Part shown: piece after piece, positions 49,690-62,975 of the stretch
Layout: every line of letters starts with the position of its first letter
Numbering within the stretch: position 1 is the first letter of the stretch
Source: Dendrobates tinctorius
Taxonomy: Eukaryota
Direction: 5' to 3'
NCBI RefSeq assembly: GCF_039654945.1
Contig: NW_027361749.1
Coordinates: 11,966,001-12,030,000, forward strand
Length of the DNA: 64,000 nt
Made by a program: the position numbers and the translations under genes
The notes under the pieces: model-generated
The model's input: only the letters and a program-made list of their open reading frames with translations
Database searches by the model: none
Told to the model about the DNA's origin: nothing

Positions 49690-51940
49690 CTTGTTTCCAC
49701 TCACCCTATAGTCCTTCACTTCCTACTAATCCTCCTAATTCCTATACATAGTAATGAAGTGTTTTATCTCTTCCTCCATCTTCCCCATACATTTCATCTC
49801 ACAACAGTTCCGCAACATGCAATCCTTTGTGACCAAACACAGCCACCCCATGCCCTCTTCCGCTCACAGCCAACTAACATATTCCTCCTCACTGCCAGTG
49901 GTATTTCTCCAAATCCTGGTCGTCCTCACCACCTATCCAGTTACTTGTACCTCACATTCACGATATATCACAAATTTCTGAACCTTTTTTTCCTTATACC
50001 CATTCACCGAGCCCCCGCTTGCCCAGTCCCTCTAACAGGAGCTCTATGGAAAGCTCGCTCTGTTTGCAACAAACTTTTTTTTTTTTTTTTTTATACATGC
50101 ATGATCTTTTGATTACTAACAAACTCTCCTTCCTCGGCATCCCCTAAACTTGGATTCTTCAGAATCACTCACTCTAACACAGCTGCAATTTCTTATGGTG
50201 GATTCCATCTTTCTTTCACCCCTCACCCACCCCAGCAACAAGCATGGTGAAGTTTTGGTTTTCTCCTGTCAGATAAATGCGCCTTCACCCCAATTCCACT
50301 GCCAGCCTTCATTACTCTCCCTTCTTTTGAGGTTCACTGTGTGCACATCTACTCCCCTGCCAACCTCCCACAGGCTGCCATTTAAAGCCCCCCTGACCCA
50401 GCCACCACTTTTTTTGACCACTTCACCACCTGGCTACTTAATTTCCTTTTCACTGACCTCCCCACAATCCTCATGGGTGACTTCAACTTCCCCTCTGACA
50501 CTTCCCACTAAACTGATTCTAAGCTTCTATCTCTCACTTCCTTCTTCGGGCTTGCTCAATGGTCTTCCGCAGCAACTTGCAAACATGGCCACATACTGGA
50601 CCTCGTCTTCACCCGCCTATGATTCGTATCTAACCACTCCAAGTCATCTCTCTCGGTCTGACCACAACCTACTCACATTCTTTTCCCTCTCCTTTCTAGG
50701 TGCACAATCCCTACTCCACAAACTTGCATACCCTTGCAGAAGTCTCAAACATCTCGATTTACACTTTCTTTCTGAATCCCTTCTCCCTCTTGCAGACATA
50801 AGTTCCTTATATACAGTAACACAGATGCTGCTGACACATAACACCACAACAGCTGCAGCTCTCTAATGGGTTGCCCCCTTACACATACCAAAGCTCACAC
50901 AATCAACAGGCAACCCTGGCACACCAGCCTGACTAAAGACCTGAGGCAGGTTTCCAGGGTTGCGGAGTGCTGATGAAAAAAAATCCCATTCCAACAAGCA
51001 CTTCATCACATTGAAACAGTCTCTCACTACTTTCAAGTCCACACTCACTGCAGCTAAACAAACATACTTCTCATCTCTCATATCCTCCCTGTCTCACAAC
51101 CCTAAACAGCTATTCAATACTTTCAATTCTCTCCTCCATTCCCCAGTGCTGCCTCTATCTCATCTCAGCTGAAGACTTGGCCTAATTTTCCAAGCAGAAG
51201 ACTGATCACATCAGAGAAAGCTTTGGCCTACATTGCCTACAGCACCTAACTATTCGGCCACCTCCTCTAAAACAGTGTTCATCCCAACCCTATTCCATTT
51301 CTTCAACTTATCACTAACAACTGGTGTCTTCCCCTCTTGCTTCAAACATGCCACGATTGAACGCATTCTCAGAAAGTCCTCCCTTGCCCCATCCTCTGTG
51401 TCACTTGTCCACTATGCCTCAAAACTACTGGAACAACATGTCCATCTTGTACTGTCCTTCCACCTCTCCTCCTGCTCCCTCTTTGACCTTTTACAATTTT
51501 AGCTTCTGACCGCAAAATTCCACTGAAACTGCCCTGACTAAAGTCACCAATGACCTACTAACCGCCAAATCAAAGCGACACTACTCTGTCCTCCTCCCCC
51601 CTCTGCCTTCGACATAGTGATCCATTCCCTCTTACTACAGACTCTGTCATCTCTTGACATCACAGACACCTGGCCCTAACAGACTGGACATTCAGCATGT
51701 CCTACTGACACACTTCCTCCTCATCTCGCCCCTATCTGTTGGTGTACCCCAAGATTCAGTTCTGGGACCCCTGCTCTTCTCCATCTACACCTTCGGCCTG
51801 GACAGCTCATGGTGTCCCTTGGCTTTGAGTATCCTCTCTATGCTGATGACACACAAATCTACCTCTCTGGATCCGATATCATCTTCTTACTAGCCAGAAA
51901 CCCACAATGTCTGTTTGCTGTTTCATCCTTTTTCTCTGAA
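49690..51940 (+). mobile_element. Degraded L2-clade LINE (APE endonuclease + RT remnants)
   Basis: Scattered frames: SGISPNPG, ALWKARSVCNK, MGDFN, SDHNLL, LSLTTGVFPSCFKHA, STETALTKVTNDLL, GVPQDSVLGPLLFSIY, YADDTQIY. Confidence 0.85.
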
Positions 51941-52335
51941 ATTTTTTGCCCCCCGCCCTTCATAGGGCAACAAAGTTATTTGTTATCTAATATTGAGGCT
52001 ATGCAGGGCTGGATATAATATCTGTATAGAATATAATCCCCCCCATAGAATATAATGCAGTCCCCCCCATATAGTATAATGCAGCCCCTCCATAGAATAT
52101 ATGGCAACCCCCTCATAGGATATAATCCAGCCCCTTATATAGTATAATGTAGCCCCTCCATAGAATACAATGTAGCCCTCCTCATATAGTATAGTGCAGC
52201 CCCCATAGACTATAATAAATTTAATACAGCACCCCTATAGAATATAATGTAGCCCCAAATAGAATATAATACAGCCCACCCACCTCCCCATAGAATATAA
52301 TGTAGCCCCCCCATATTATATAACACAGCCTCCCC

Positions 52336-53175
52336 TGTTATGATTGAGTCACCGAGGAGGAAAGCAAGACCAAGCTAAACCAGAGAGGTTGGTAACTAAG
52401 CGGATTGCAGACCCCTGATCCTATCCACACAACTAGCAGTAGCCGTGGAGCATACCTACGATGATCGTAGACGCCTCGACACAGCCGGAAAACTAAATAA
52501 GCCTAAAGTAAGAAAGGGGAAATCAAACTGCCCCAGAGCAGACCCCAAAGGAATAGATAGCCCCCAAACATATATTGTCGGTGAGACAAGATGAAAACAC
52601 AAACGCAGGTAGGAAAATAGACTGAGCAAACGATGGGGTCCACACTAACTTGACCGGACAGGAAAGACTCTGTCTGCAATCACGCAAAAAACCCTGCAAA
52701 AAATGCCCAACACGTCTGATAGAAAAACACTGAAGTCACTAGACTTCACCCACTATATCAGCACTCTGGCCTCTTTTTGCTCTGCTTTCAGAATATACCA
52801 ATCTAATAAGGGACAAAAACAAACTGGCACATACAGTAACATAAGGATGGAAATTCAGCACAGCCCCAGCCGGAGCTGACTGAACACACAAAACTGAAAT
52901 AGACAAAACCAGATCAAATGTGAACAATAGCAAAAGAACACTTAGTTTCCAGCTCAGTCCCTGCATGCTCAGCTAAGACCTCGGGAGGCAGGAGAAAATC
53001 ACCAGCAGGGATAGAGGGAGTCGGCTGTCTTAAATCCAGTCATCCTCCTCATTATCAAGTGGCAGTAACCACCAGAGGGAGCCTGGAATGAGAACTCGCG
53101 ACCCCTCTGTCAATATAACCAGCTCCACTACCTTCGCTAGTAACCAGAGGTAGGCCAGAAAGCGAATTCACAACA
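52336..53175 (-). mobile_element. Solo LTR inserted in minisatellite
   Basis: TGTT..AACA termini, flanked by CTCCC(C) on both sides; the minisatellite resumes afterwards. Confidence 0.7.
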
Positions 53176-53189
53176 CTCCCCCCTATAGA

Positions 53190-54545
53190 ATATAATGTAA
53201 AATGTACCTCCCATGGTATATAACAGAGCCACATAGTATATAGCCCAGAACCACATGATATATAGCCCAGACCACCATGGTATAATACAGCCCCGCATGG
53301 TATATAGCCCCCCCAGAATGGTATAATACAGCCCAGCATGGCATATAGCCCCCCCAGCATGGTATAATACAGCCTAGCATGGTATATAGCCCCCCAGCAT
53401 GGTATAATACAGCCCAGCATGGTATAATACAGCCCAACATGGTATAATACAGCCCAGCATGGTATAATACAGCCCAGCATGGTATAATACAGCCCAGCAT
53501 GTTATATAGCCCCCCCAGCTTGGTGTAATACAGCCCCCCCAGCTTGGTGTAATACAGCCCCCCCAGCATGGTGTAATACAGCCCCCCCAGCATGGTGTAA
53601 TACAGCTCCCCCAGGCTTGGTATAATACAGCCCCCCCCCAGCATGGTATATAGCCCCCCCCAGCATGGTATAATACAGCCCAGCATGGTATAATACAGCC
53701 CAGCATGGTATAATACAGCCCGGCATGGTATATAGCCCCCCAGCATGGTATAATACAGCCCAGCATGGTATATAGCCCCCCCAGCATGGTATAATACAGC
53801 CCAGCATGGTATAGAGCCCCCCCAGCATGGTATATAGTCCCCCTCCAGCATGGCCCCACAGTCCAGCATGGTATACAGCCCCCCCAGCATGGCCCCACAG
53901 TCCAGCATGGTATATAGCCCCCCAGCATGGTATGATACAGCCCAGCATGGTATATAGCCACCCCAGCATGGTATGATACAGCCCAACATGGTATATAGCC
54001 CCCCAGTATGGTATAATACAGTCCAGCATGGTATATAGCACCCCCCAGTATGGTATAATACAGCCCAGCATGGTACATAGCCTCCACAGCCCAACATGGT
54101 ATATAGCACCCCGCAGTATGGTATAATACAGCCCAGCATGGTATATAGCACCCCCCAGAATGGTATAATACAGCCCAGCATGGTATATGGCCCCCCCAGC
54201 ATGGTATAATACAGCCCAGCATGGTATATAGCCCCCCAGCATGGTATGATACAGCCCAGCATGGTATGATACAGCCCAGCATGGTATGATACAGCCCAGC
54301 ATGGTATAATACAGCCCAGCATGGTATAATACAGCCCAGCATGGTATATAGCCCCCCCTGCATGGTATAATACAGCCCAGCATGGTATATAGCCCCCCCC
54401 AGCATGGTATAATACAGCCCAGCATGGTATATAGCCCCCCCCAGCATGGTATAATACAGCCCAACATGGTATATAGCCCCCCCAGCATGGTATAATACAG
54501 CCCAGCATGGTATATAGCTCCCCCAGCATGGCCCCACAGTCCAGT
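53190..54545. repeat. ~20-23-bp minisatellite CCCAGCATGGTAT(AATACAG/ATAG); related array at 52010-52330
   Basis: Dozens of tandem copies. This array explains the stop-free ORFs in all three minus frames. Confidence 0.97.
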
Positions 54546-55064
54546 ACTCACACTGATTTAAAAAAAAAAAAAAAAAACACACTCCTCACCTTCTCCTGCC
54601 TGTGTTGCTCCTGTCTCCTCTCCTGCACTGCCTGGTACACAGTGAGAGCGCGATGATGTCATCGCGCACCCGCTGTGTTAGAGGCAGAGCGGGGAATGAC
54701 GGGAGAGGGAACGTCAGCTGACGCTCTCTCCTCCTCCATCATTGCCTCCTTCAATGCGGGGGGAGGGGGTGGAGTCGGTGCTGGGGGCAGGCGAGCCCCC
54801 CTGCCTCACAGGGGCCCCATAGTGGCTGCGTGATGTGCCGCTGGCTGGGGGCCCCTGGGGGAGTGGGGGCCCTAGGCAGCTGCCTGCCCCTAACGCTGGC
54901 CCTGCTCAGGAGGAGTCAGACCCGCTCCCGCAGCGCTGCTCTCCTCTTTGCTCTACACATGGCTAATTTGAATTTTGAAATAATTAGCCATGCGGTGCTG
55001 GAGGGGAGGGGCCCCCCTCTCCCCCGGGGCCCCCGTTCAATGCACGGGCAGTAGGTCCTCCCCT

Positions 55065-55392
55065 GCTCCAACATACCTATTCTATGGCTGCACACTGCCT
55101 CAGAATAATTCTTGACTCTGACCTCTCCTTTAAACCACACATCCAAGCCCATTCCACTACCTTCCAACTCAAAAATATTTCCCGTATCCGCGTATTCCTT
55201 AATCAAGACTCTGTAAAAGCACTAGTTCATGCCCTCATCATCTCCCACCTTGATTACTGCAACCTCCTGCTCTGTAGCCTCCCTTCTAACACTTTTGCAC
55301 CCCTCCAATCTTTCCTAAACTCTGCTCCCTGACTAATCCACCTGTCCCCCTGCTATACCCTTCATTGGCTCCCCATTGCCCAGAGACTCAAG
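55065..55392 (+). mobile_element. 3' continuation of the L2 LINE
   Basis: LRIILDSDLSFKPHIQ..LKNISRIR.FL..LVHALIISHLDYCNLLL..LHWLPI. Confidence 0.85.
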
Positions 55393-55889
55393 ATTATAAT
55401 AAAGTACATGTGTGTAATATAATATTTTTAGTGGAAAATGATAATATCCCTTCTACTGAATGTGGAAAATGTAAAACCTGTCATAGGGCTCACATCTTCC
55501 ATGTGCCATTTATTTTGATGTCCTCTTAAGTGACATAGCGTGTGTGACCCTTTAAAGGACTGGGGGCCACTGCTACCTCTCTCCTCCTAATGTGATGCCA
55601 TTGGTGCATTATGCATTTGTGGGGTTTTACCCTTCTTAAGACACCCCAATCTTACTAACTAGGAAATAAGGACACCACATAGGATGGAAAAGGGTTAAAC
55701 CAATGCCAGAGCCCTCCTGTAAGGGGGGTGGCTACAGGTCACATCACAGATTTCCAACAAAGGCCTCTATAGAACAGCTTGTTGTAGCTTCAAAACCACA
55801 AGTAATGGCACTGTTAAGAACACGACAGTAGTGTCATTGTATGTGGATACATTTCGTACCAGCTTATCTTAGGTCTGTTTCTATTGCAG

Positions 55890-55942
55890 GGCAGCGATCT
55901 TGTTGGAGACTTTTATTTTGGTGAATAAGCTGAATGCACGAG
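55890..55942 (+). other. Candidate 53-nt host exon
   Basis: Acceptor TCTGTTTCTATTGCAG| and donor GAG|GTAAG in unique sequence; ends with ATG CAC GAG. Confidence 0.45.
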
Positions 55943-56446
55943 GTAAGGGATTTTGTAATATTGTTTTGGATACGGTGCTGTGTAAGTTATTTTGTGTGAA
56001 AATAGTCTTTTTTTTGGTGGGATTACATGAAAAACATACTACTTCTAACACAATTTTTTCTTCATGTTTTAAAGAATGTTATCTGATTTATTAACTTTTA
56101 CTATGACTTTTCTGCGTATAAGTGGTGTAGGAAGCAAATAGTAATGTACGTGTGTGTGTATTATAGCTGAGCAAAATGATTCGGAGAACCCTTGTTCTGC
56201 AGCCATGTTGGACGCCGTGGCATCCAACAACTTTTCACAGCCTACCAGCATTTTGAGTGCCCCAACTGATTAGTAGACCTCTGCAGTGTCATGATATGAC
56301 GAGTAGCAGGAAGTTCTTGGGGCTCTGATCCGCTGCTACTAAATTCCACACGGCAACTGGATCATAATCTTGCAAATCATTTTTGTGTGCGTTTGTGCCA
56401 TTGTTAGTTTCTTGTCTGTAATTTTATATTTGTATTTTGCGTGTAA

Positions 56447-56916
56447 GGCCTCTTTCACACTTCAGTTGTTTGACGTCAGTTGCAAACCATCAAAGTGCAA
56501 AAACGGATCCATTTCCGCTACGCAACAAACGGATGCACCGGATCCGTTTGTTGGACGGATCCGCTGTAGCCGCTAAGTGCTTGAAATTTAAAGCGAGAGA
56601 GAAGTTTTTTTTGTCTGTTCCAGAACGGCTTTTAGGGTTAAAATGCATGACAGGAAAGATCTTCCAGGCATGCGCAGTTTAAAACCGCGGATCCGATGCT
56701 GAAAAAGTTTCCTTGTCCGTCTACTCAAGACGGCGGACGCTAAAATTCAAACAGATCCGTCAAAAAACGGATGCAATGGACGACCATCCGTCACAATCCG
56801 CCGCTAATGTAAGTCTATGAGACAAAAAAAGGATTCCGCAAAAAAGACGGATCCGTTTTTTTAAAAAAAATAGCGGATTTTGACTGACCTCAAAAGACTG
56901 AAGTGTGAAAGAGGCC
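56447..56916. mobile_element. Harbinger-type MITE, same family as 43568-44024
   Basis: TIRs GGCCTCTTTCACACTTCAG / CTGAAGTGTGAAAGAGGCC; TAA TSD. Confidence 0.9.
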
Positions 56917-58353
56917 TAACGCCTTCTTCTTGGAAACCACAACTTGGTGCTGGATCCATCCTAGAAGACGGCTACATTCCGTTGTTTTGTCACAAATGAT
57001 ACTTTGTTCACACTTGAAGCTGTAAACCTAGTCTTTTATTATAGCACTGAGTATCTAAAATACATATCTGTATAGAAGGCTGCTCTGTAGTTATATCCAG
57101 GGGTGCAGGTAGTCCTAGCACACTCAACAGCAAAACCACTACATGTTAAGCACTAACTGGAGGGCAGCCAATCTTCAAAGTGGCAATTGAGAACCCATTA
57201 TAACATAGACTGAGCTACGTGATTAACCACTGTATGCAGGTTTCTGGGATACACATCCCTCTGCATTGTATGTGTATAGTGCACTGCTGTACTATTTAAT
57301 TCCCTTGGCCTTACTGCTGAATATTTGGCTGCAATTGTACCCATCAATCCAGTCACCACACCACCCAATGCTCAGAAATTAGACTTGCCAATGAAGGACA
57401 CTTTTTTGGAGATTTATCAAGGACTACACTGGGTACAAGCTGGCACTGTCTCTTCTGTTTAGTATCTTGTGCTGCACTACCGAGGACGTGCACCATGTTG
57501 GAGAATACAGCATAGTTCTGCTGATTGTCATTCCTTTCAGCCGTCCAGCAGCTTTTATAAAGGCAATATAACATAGCCTTATAAATGTGACCTTCTCAAG
57601 TGCACAGTCAGCTCAATGGGTTATTAATTCCATTCTTTGTAATTGGTTCCAACTATTTAACGTTTTTGTAATTCGTATGGTCCAAATTATTTTAATAGCG
57701 GAAAAGTAATTTTGGCTACTTTTGCATATACAAGTTGCACAATCTAAGTTACAGCTGTTTTTGCCAATTGGTGAATCATTTTAGTTCCTCCTGTTGGGAT
57801 CGAGGGTTTATTAAGAAAATAGGGTGGGCTTTTTTTTCTATACAGCAATAAGTGAGGTTAAAATATAACTTTTAATATACAGTATGTAACGTAAAAGCTC
57901 CCAAATAGTTGTCACCAAATAGTGGTTTAAAAAGATGGCGATTCAATCTGTAATCCCCGAAGGAAAATTGGTACCACCCAAACGCATCATACAGGATATA
58001 AAACGTTGCTAATCTATCAAGTCAGGCAACAGTTTGTATAAAGGATACAGCATAGATTAACAATTAGCACACAATGCCATAGCCAATTGCATACATATAT
58101 TTTTCTGACTAAACCTAAAAAGGTTTATAGCTACAAGGTACAAATAGATGAGATATAAAAACAGGAACAAACTCACCGGTTTATGCAGACGGCCAGGAGT
58201 CTCCAGGGATACTCTGTATACATACAGGGAGGTAGCGATGGGAGGACAATACCCTGTCATATGCCTCAAAAACTAACCATCATCTGATCCCCAGACTCCT
58301 GCCCTAACCAGGGCAGTCCACAGCTCACCCTATATTGCACATGCCCTGCACTT

Positions 58354-58389
58354 TCCCAACGCGTTTCATCCAAGTAAATCTTCAGGGGA
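58354..58389 (-). ncRNA. Minimal type I hammerhead ribozyme motif
   Basis: UCCC-CUGAAGA-uuuacuuggau-GAAA-CGCG-UU-GGGA: intact core with a palindromic helix III. Confidence 0.7.
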
Positions 58390-59665
58390 CTAACTTGTTA
58401 AAAAGTGCCATAGTGCTAAAGCTCAAGAGACATAGATCCTCCTACTCTCAATGCTGTCTTCTGTCTGCAGAGAGTGGAGGAAAGAGGGCATATTTATATG
58501 GTAAGATATCAAACCATCCACACCTGATGCCACAATCAATCAATCAATGTGTATACTCACTCCCCATATCTGGCATACCAATCGTCCATCATTAGGCGGT
58601 TCAGCTTCTGTGGAACGCACGCCGAAAACGGCGCTTACTCCGCCCACACTAGCGTCACGGGTACAGAGCAAATCAGGAGAAAGAAAAATGCCCCACTTTC
58701 GGTGGAACCACCAAGATGGAAGAGTGCCCCGCTTCCGGTGACGTTTTTTTTAGGGGCGCTCCGCCCACAATGAAAATGCCACACTTCCAGTCAGTGGACG
58801 TGTTACAATAATGCCCCACTTCCGATGATGTTTTGTTTGCAGCACCGCCCCTTGTTCCTGTCAGCGAACCGAGCGCTGACCAGCGCAGCCACAACAAAGG
58901 AGGGGCATGTACTCCCATCAGTGACGCCACTACCGGAGCCAGAAAAATTAACCCCTTTCCAAACAACGTCCGTCCAGCAGAATATCCGCTGAAAATAACA
59001 ATTATGAAAACAATCACCTGTATAGTGAATTGTATCATGGGCAGGAGACAATGGTCTGCCTAGTATCAAATAACAAGGAGGAGAAGTAGTAGGGAGTAAA
59101 GTGTGCACATGACAAGTCATTGAAGATAAATGCCAACAGGAAATGCATATATCAATGTATACATATGTATATACATATACAAATCCTGATAATAGGTGAC
59201 GAAATAGTGATTCAGGCTTAATTACATTCCGAAATATGGGTCAATAAAAAGGAAAAAGGAGGGATTCAAATAAAACAGCTATAATTGATTTGTTCATTGA
59301 GGCCCTAAAAAAAGTCACCGGAAGCAGGGCACTCTTCCATCTTGATGGTTCCACCGGAAGTGGGGCATTTTTCTTTCTCCTGATTTGCTCTGTACCCGTG
59401 ACGCTAGTGTGGGCGGAGTAAGCGCCGTTTTCGGCGTGCGTTCCACAGAAGCTGAACCGCCTAATGATGGACGATTGGTATGCCAGATATGGAAAGTGAG
59501 TATACACATTGATTGATTGTGGCATCAGGTGTGGATGGTTTGATATTATCTTACCATATAAATATGCCCTCTTTCCTCCACTCTCTGCAGACAGCAGACA
59601 GCATTGAGAGTAGGAGGATCTATGTCTCTTGAGCTTTAGCACTATGGCACTTTTTAACAAGTTAG

Positions 59666-59701
59666 TCCCCTGAAGATTTACTTGGATGAAACGCGTTGGG
59701 A
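59666..59701 (+). ncRNA. Minimal type I hammerhead ribozyme motif (copy in the inverted arm)
   Basis: TCCC CTGAAGA TTTACTTGGAT GAAA CGCG TT GGGA. Confidence 0.7.
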
Positions 59702-60710
59702 AAGTGCAGGGCATGTGCAATATAGGGTGAGCTGTGGACTGCCCTGGTTAGGGCAGGAGTCTGGGGATCAGATGATGGTTATTTTTTGAGGGATATGACA
59801 GGGTATTGTCCTCCCATCGCTACCTCCCTGTATGTATACAGAGTATCCCTGGAGACTCCTGGCCGTCTGCATAAACCGGTGAGATTGTTCCTGTTTTTAT
59901 ATCTCATCTATTTGTACCTTGTGGCTATAAATCTTTTTTGGTTTAGTCAGAAAAAATATATGTATGCAATTGGCTATGGCATTGTGTGCTAATTGTTAAT
60001 CTATGCTGTATCCTTTATACAAACTGTTGCCTGACTTGATATATTAGCAACGTTTTATATCCTGTATGATGCGTTTCGGTGGTTCCAATTTTCCTTCAGG
60101 GATTACCCATTGAATCGCCATCTTTTTAAACCACTATTTCGTGACAACTATTTGGGAGCTTTTAAGTTACATATACTGTATTAAAAGTTATATTTTAACC
60201 TCACTTATTGCTGTATAGATATATTTTGGGGTGAGTGATAATTGTCATTTTTTGACAAAAATTGGCATTTGTTTGCTGTATTTGTTGGGCTTTTTTTCCC
60301 AGAATTTGGCATAAATTTGAGCCTACGTTCTCTAATTGGACAAAGCCCAAGACAAATGGGGTGTGCTTTTTGTTTTATGTACTTAATTTTTTTTGGAATA
60401 AAACCCACATTGTTTAAATACTAATACTGGAAGTTAAAAAAAAACATTTTAATGTTATTTTGCTGAAATTCAATAATTTTCTTATCAACAATTAAATGCT
60501 AGTTCATTGAGGCAGTGAAAAGGGGAATGTATAAAGTAAGAAAAGAGATCACTACTACTCAGTTAACATCACGTTAAGGATATGAATGAAGTACGGTACA
60601 TTTCTTTTATATTCCAAAGAAAGAAAAAATCTCTACATTATAGAGGACTTGTCACTTAGAGAACTTATTTTTCCTCCTATTTTATTTTTTCTTCCTCTCA
60701 AAGTATTTAA

Positions 60711-61331
60711 AGGGAACACGTGACCAAATTTTTCCCATATAAAGTAGGGCCAGCAATGTAAACCCAATGTAACAGCATTTCAGAATTCCGTATACGTGTC
60801 CCCAATGTGCTCGCCATAAACCAAAAAAGGTGTTTTTTACACTCTCCTATGGGCCGGCCCCGTCCATTAGGCATCACTGTTCTTGATCTGGCGCCTCCTC
60901 TCTTCTTGCTTCATGTGGATGACGCATCCTACGTCATCCACACAGTGTCCTCGGCATTGCACTCCTGCGCAGGTGCTCTTTGCCTTGTTGAGGGCAGAGC
61001 AAAATATTGTGCTCATGCACTGGTGCTCTTTGGCCTTTACCCACGTATGCATGTTATAGTACTTTGCTCTGCCCTCGGCCGGGCAGAGAGAAGTCCACCT
61101 GCTCAAGAGCGTTATGCAGAGTACACTGTGTGGATGACGTAGGACACGTCACCCACATGAAGCAAGAAGATAGGAGGCACCAGATCAAACCAGCAACGCC
61201 CATGAGACTGGACCGCCCCACCCCGTAGGGTAGTATAATAAATGCCGTTTGTTTTGTGGAGAGCGCATTGGGGACATATAGAATACTGTCACATAGGGCT
61301 ACTTTATATGGGAAAAACCTGGTAGGTCCTC
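60711..61331. mobile_element. T2/Kolobok-type MITE related to 26661-27333
   Basis: TTAA-AGGGAAC ... GGTCCTC-TTAA; internal palindrome with GATGACG/CGTCATCCACACAG. Confidence 0.75.
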
Positions 61332-61339
61332 TTAAGATT

Positions 61340-61536
61340 TTTGATTATTTTTCATGCAGCATCCCCCCACTCCTGCCTCCTCCAGCAGCGACCCTGGGAC
61401 CGTGCTTCACTGCAGTCACCACCCCCCGGTAAGCAATAAGACGCATGGATTATAAGAAGCACCGCCATTTTATTTTTTTTTTTAAATCCTATTTTTCTCA
61501 AAATTTGGGGTGCGTCTTATAATCCGAAAAATTCGG
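61340..61536. mobile_element. Tc2/pogo-like MITE right end
   Basis: TTATAAGA.GCACC / GGGTGCGTCTTATAATCCGAAAAATTCGG-TA. Confidence 0.55.
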
Positions 61537-62540
61537 TATGTAACTTTTCAAAGCTTTTTACACCAGAATACTAGCATAATAAACTTTGATGAATCAGGCC
61601 CTTTATTTTTATGGGCATGGCTTTCAGGATTCCCCGGGGAGGTGTCTTTAGGCTTCTCCATATAATTATTCTGGGGTCCATGCCCTGTTTGATAAGACAA
61701 TAAAAATTGGCACTCAATGAAAAGGCCCATTTCTCTGGTACCGTATGGTAGATATTATTAAAAAAAAAAAAAACCAGGACAACAGCTGCCGACTTCTGAC
61801 CAGGTTGCAGGTCCTCTTTGAATGCATGTATGTATAAAATATACATATAAAAAAAATTTCAATATTAAATGAAACATATCCTGAAAGAGAAAACACTTTC
61901 CACAGACATTGAACCCCCCCCCCAAAAAAAAAATATGAATACATAAGATATTTTTGCATACCAAACCTATGTTTTTTGCCATAGCTCATAATCCTAATGG
62001 TGTGAATGGAGCCTAAGTGTTGTGATAATGAGTTCATCCAGCAGGTGGCAACATTTCTACTGTAATTAGAAGTCTAGCGTATACAGCGTGCTGATCTGGC
62101 TGCACAGCTTCCCAATGTCTTCTAGGACATGTCATTTGCGCCTCTGCCTTATATCAAGAGGCTGTTTTTGTGGCCATTGTTTATAAGCTGCAGTAGCATG
62201 GCATCTGGGGGAAATGGCACACGAAGCCAATAGAAACATGTTATTGATGCTGTTACACCATATAACAGATGTATATGCTTGAAATTACTGGATTAAGGGG
62301 ATTCCTGGTAAGAGTAAGATTATATTTTACCAAGATGTGACATTTGCAGCTTAACTCACTACAATGCAATCTTTACTTTGATTTGGGTCTCTTTAAACAA
62401 CATCAGGTCCAATAGTTTTTCTTTAGGGTTTAGAAGGAATTAAAATTCTGCATTTTCTGAAAAGAATGAAATAGCAACATTATGTACATATATAGATATT
62501 AACATTCTTAAAGCTGATGTAACTAAATTCAGCCTATTTA

Positions 62541-62975
62541 GGCTAGTTTCACATTAGTGTTTACGGCCGCAGTGTCGGGCTGCGCACGGCCGCCGCTAAG
62601 CCTTGCCCAATGCCGTGCCTCCACTGGTAGCTCCGCCTACGGACTCATGACGCTGCATGCGTCCTGCGTCCGCTATCTTTAGCACTGGGGACGCAGGCCA
62701 TGCGCAGTATGCATTTGGCGGCGCATGCGTCCATTTGAGGCTGCGCTGAGCGCACCAAATTGCAACCTGTTGAGTTTGGCGCTGGTCGGCGCAGCGTCAA
62801 AAGGACTCATGCGCCGCCAAACGCGTACTGCACATGGCCTGCGTCCCCAGTGCTAAAGATAGGGGATGCATGCAGCGTCATGCGTCCGTAGGCGGAGCTA
62901 CCGGCGGAGGCGGGGCTTAGAGGCGGCCGTGCGCAGCCCGACGCTGCGGCCGTAAACGCTAATGTGAAACTAGCC
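62541..62975. mobile_element. Harbinger-type MITE, near-perfect hairpin
   Basis: TIRs GGCTAGTTTCACATTAG / CTAATGTGAAACTAGCC; TTA TSD; arms pair over ~200 bp. Confidence 0.92.

Larger units (their letters stand above)
51945..54904. mobile_element. Minisatellite-bearing non-autonomous hAT-like element interrupting the L2 (left end unclear)
   Basis: Right end ..ACGCTGGCCCTG with GGGGCCC subterminal motifs; same architecture as 22337-25883. Confidence 0.55.
57837..60219 (-). mobile_element. 5'-truncated Penelope-like retroelement with inverted pseudo-LTR (arms 57837-58754 and 59303-60219)
   Basis: ~0.9-kb highly similar inverted arms. The spacer begins on the minus strand with GLNEQINYSCFI* (~59303-59265), typical of the Penelope ORF C-terminus after the GIY-YIG domain. 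Hammerhead motifs lie in the arms. Confidence 0.85.

Noticed and set aside
53055-54582. Overlapping 349-448 aa ORFs in all three minus frames
   Set aside because: Artefact of a stop-free 20-23-bp minisatellite.
57837-60219. Duplicated small protein genes (MHMPCTFPTRF.., MCILT..) on opposite strands
   Set aside because: Chance ORFs mirrored by the inverted repeat of a Penelope-like element.
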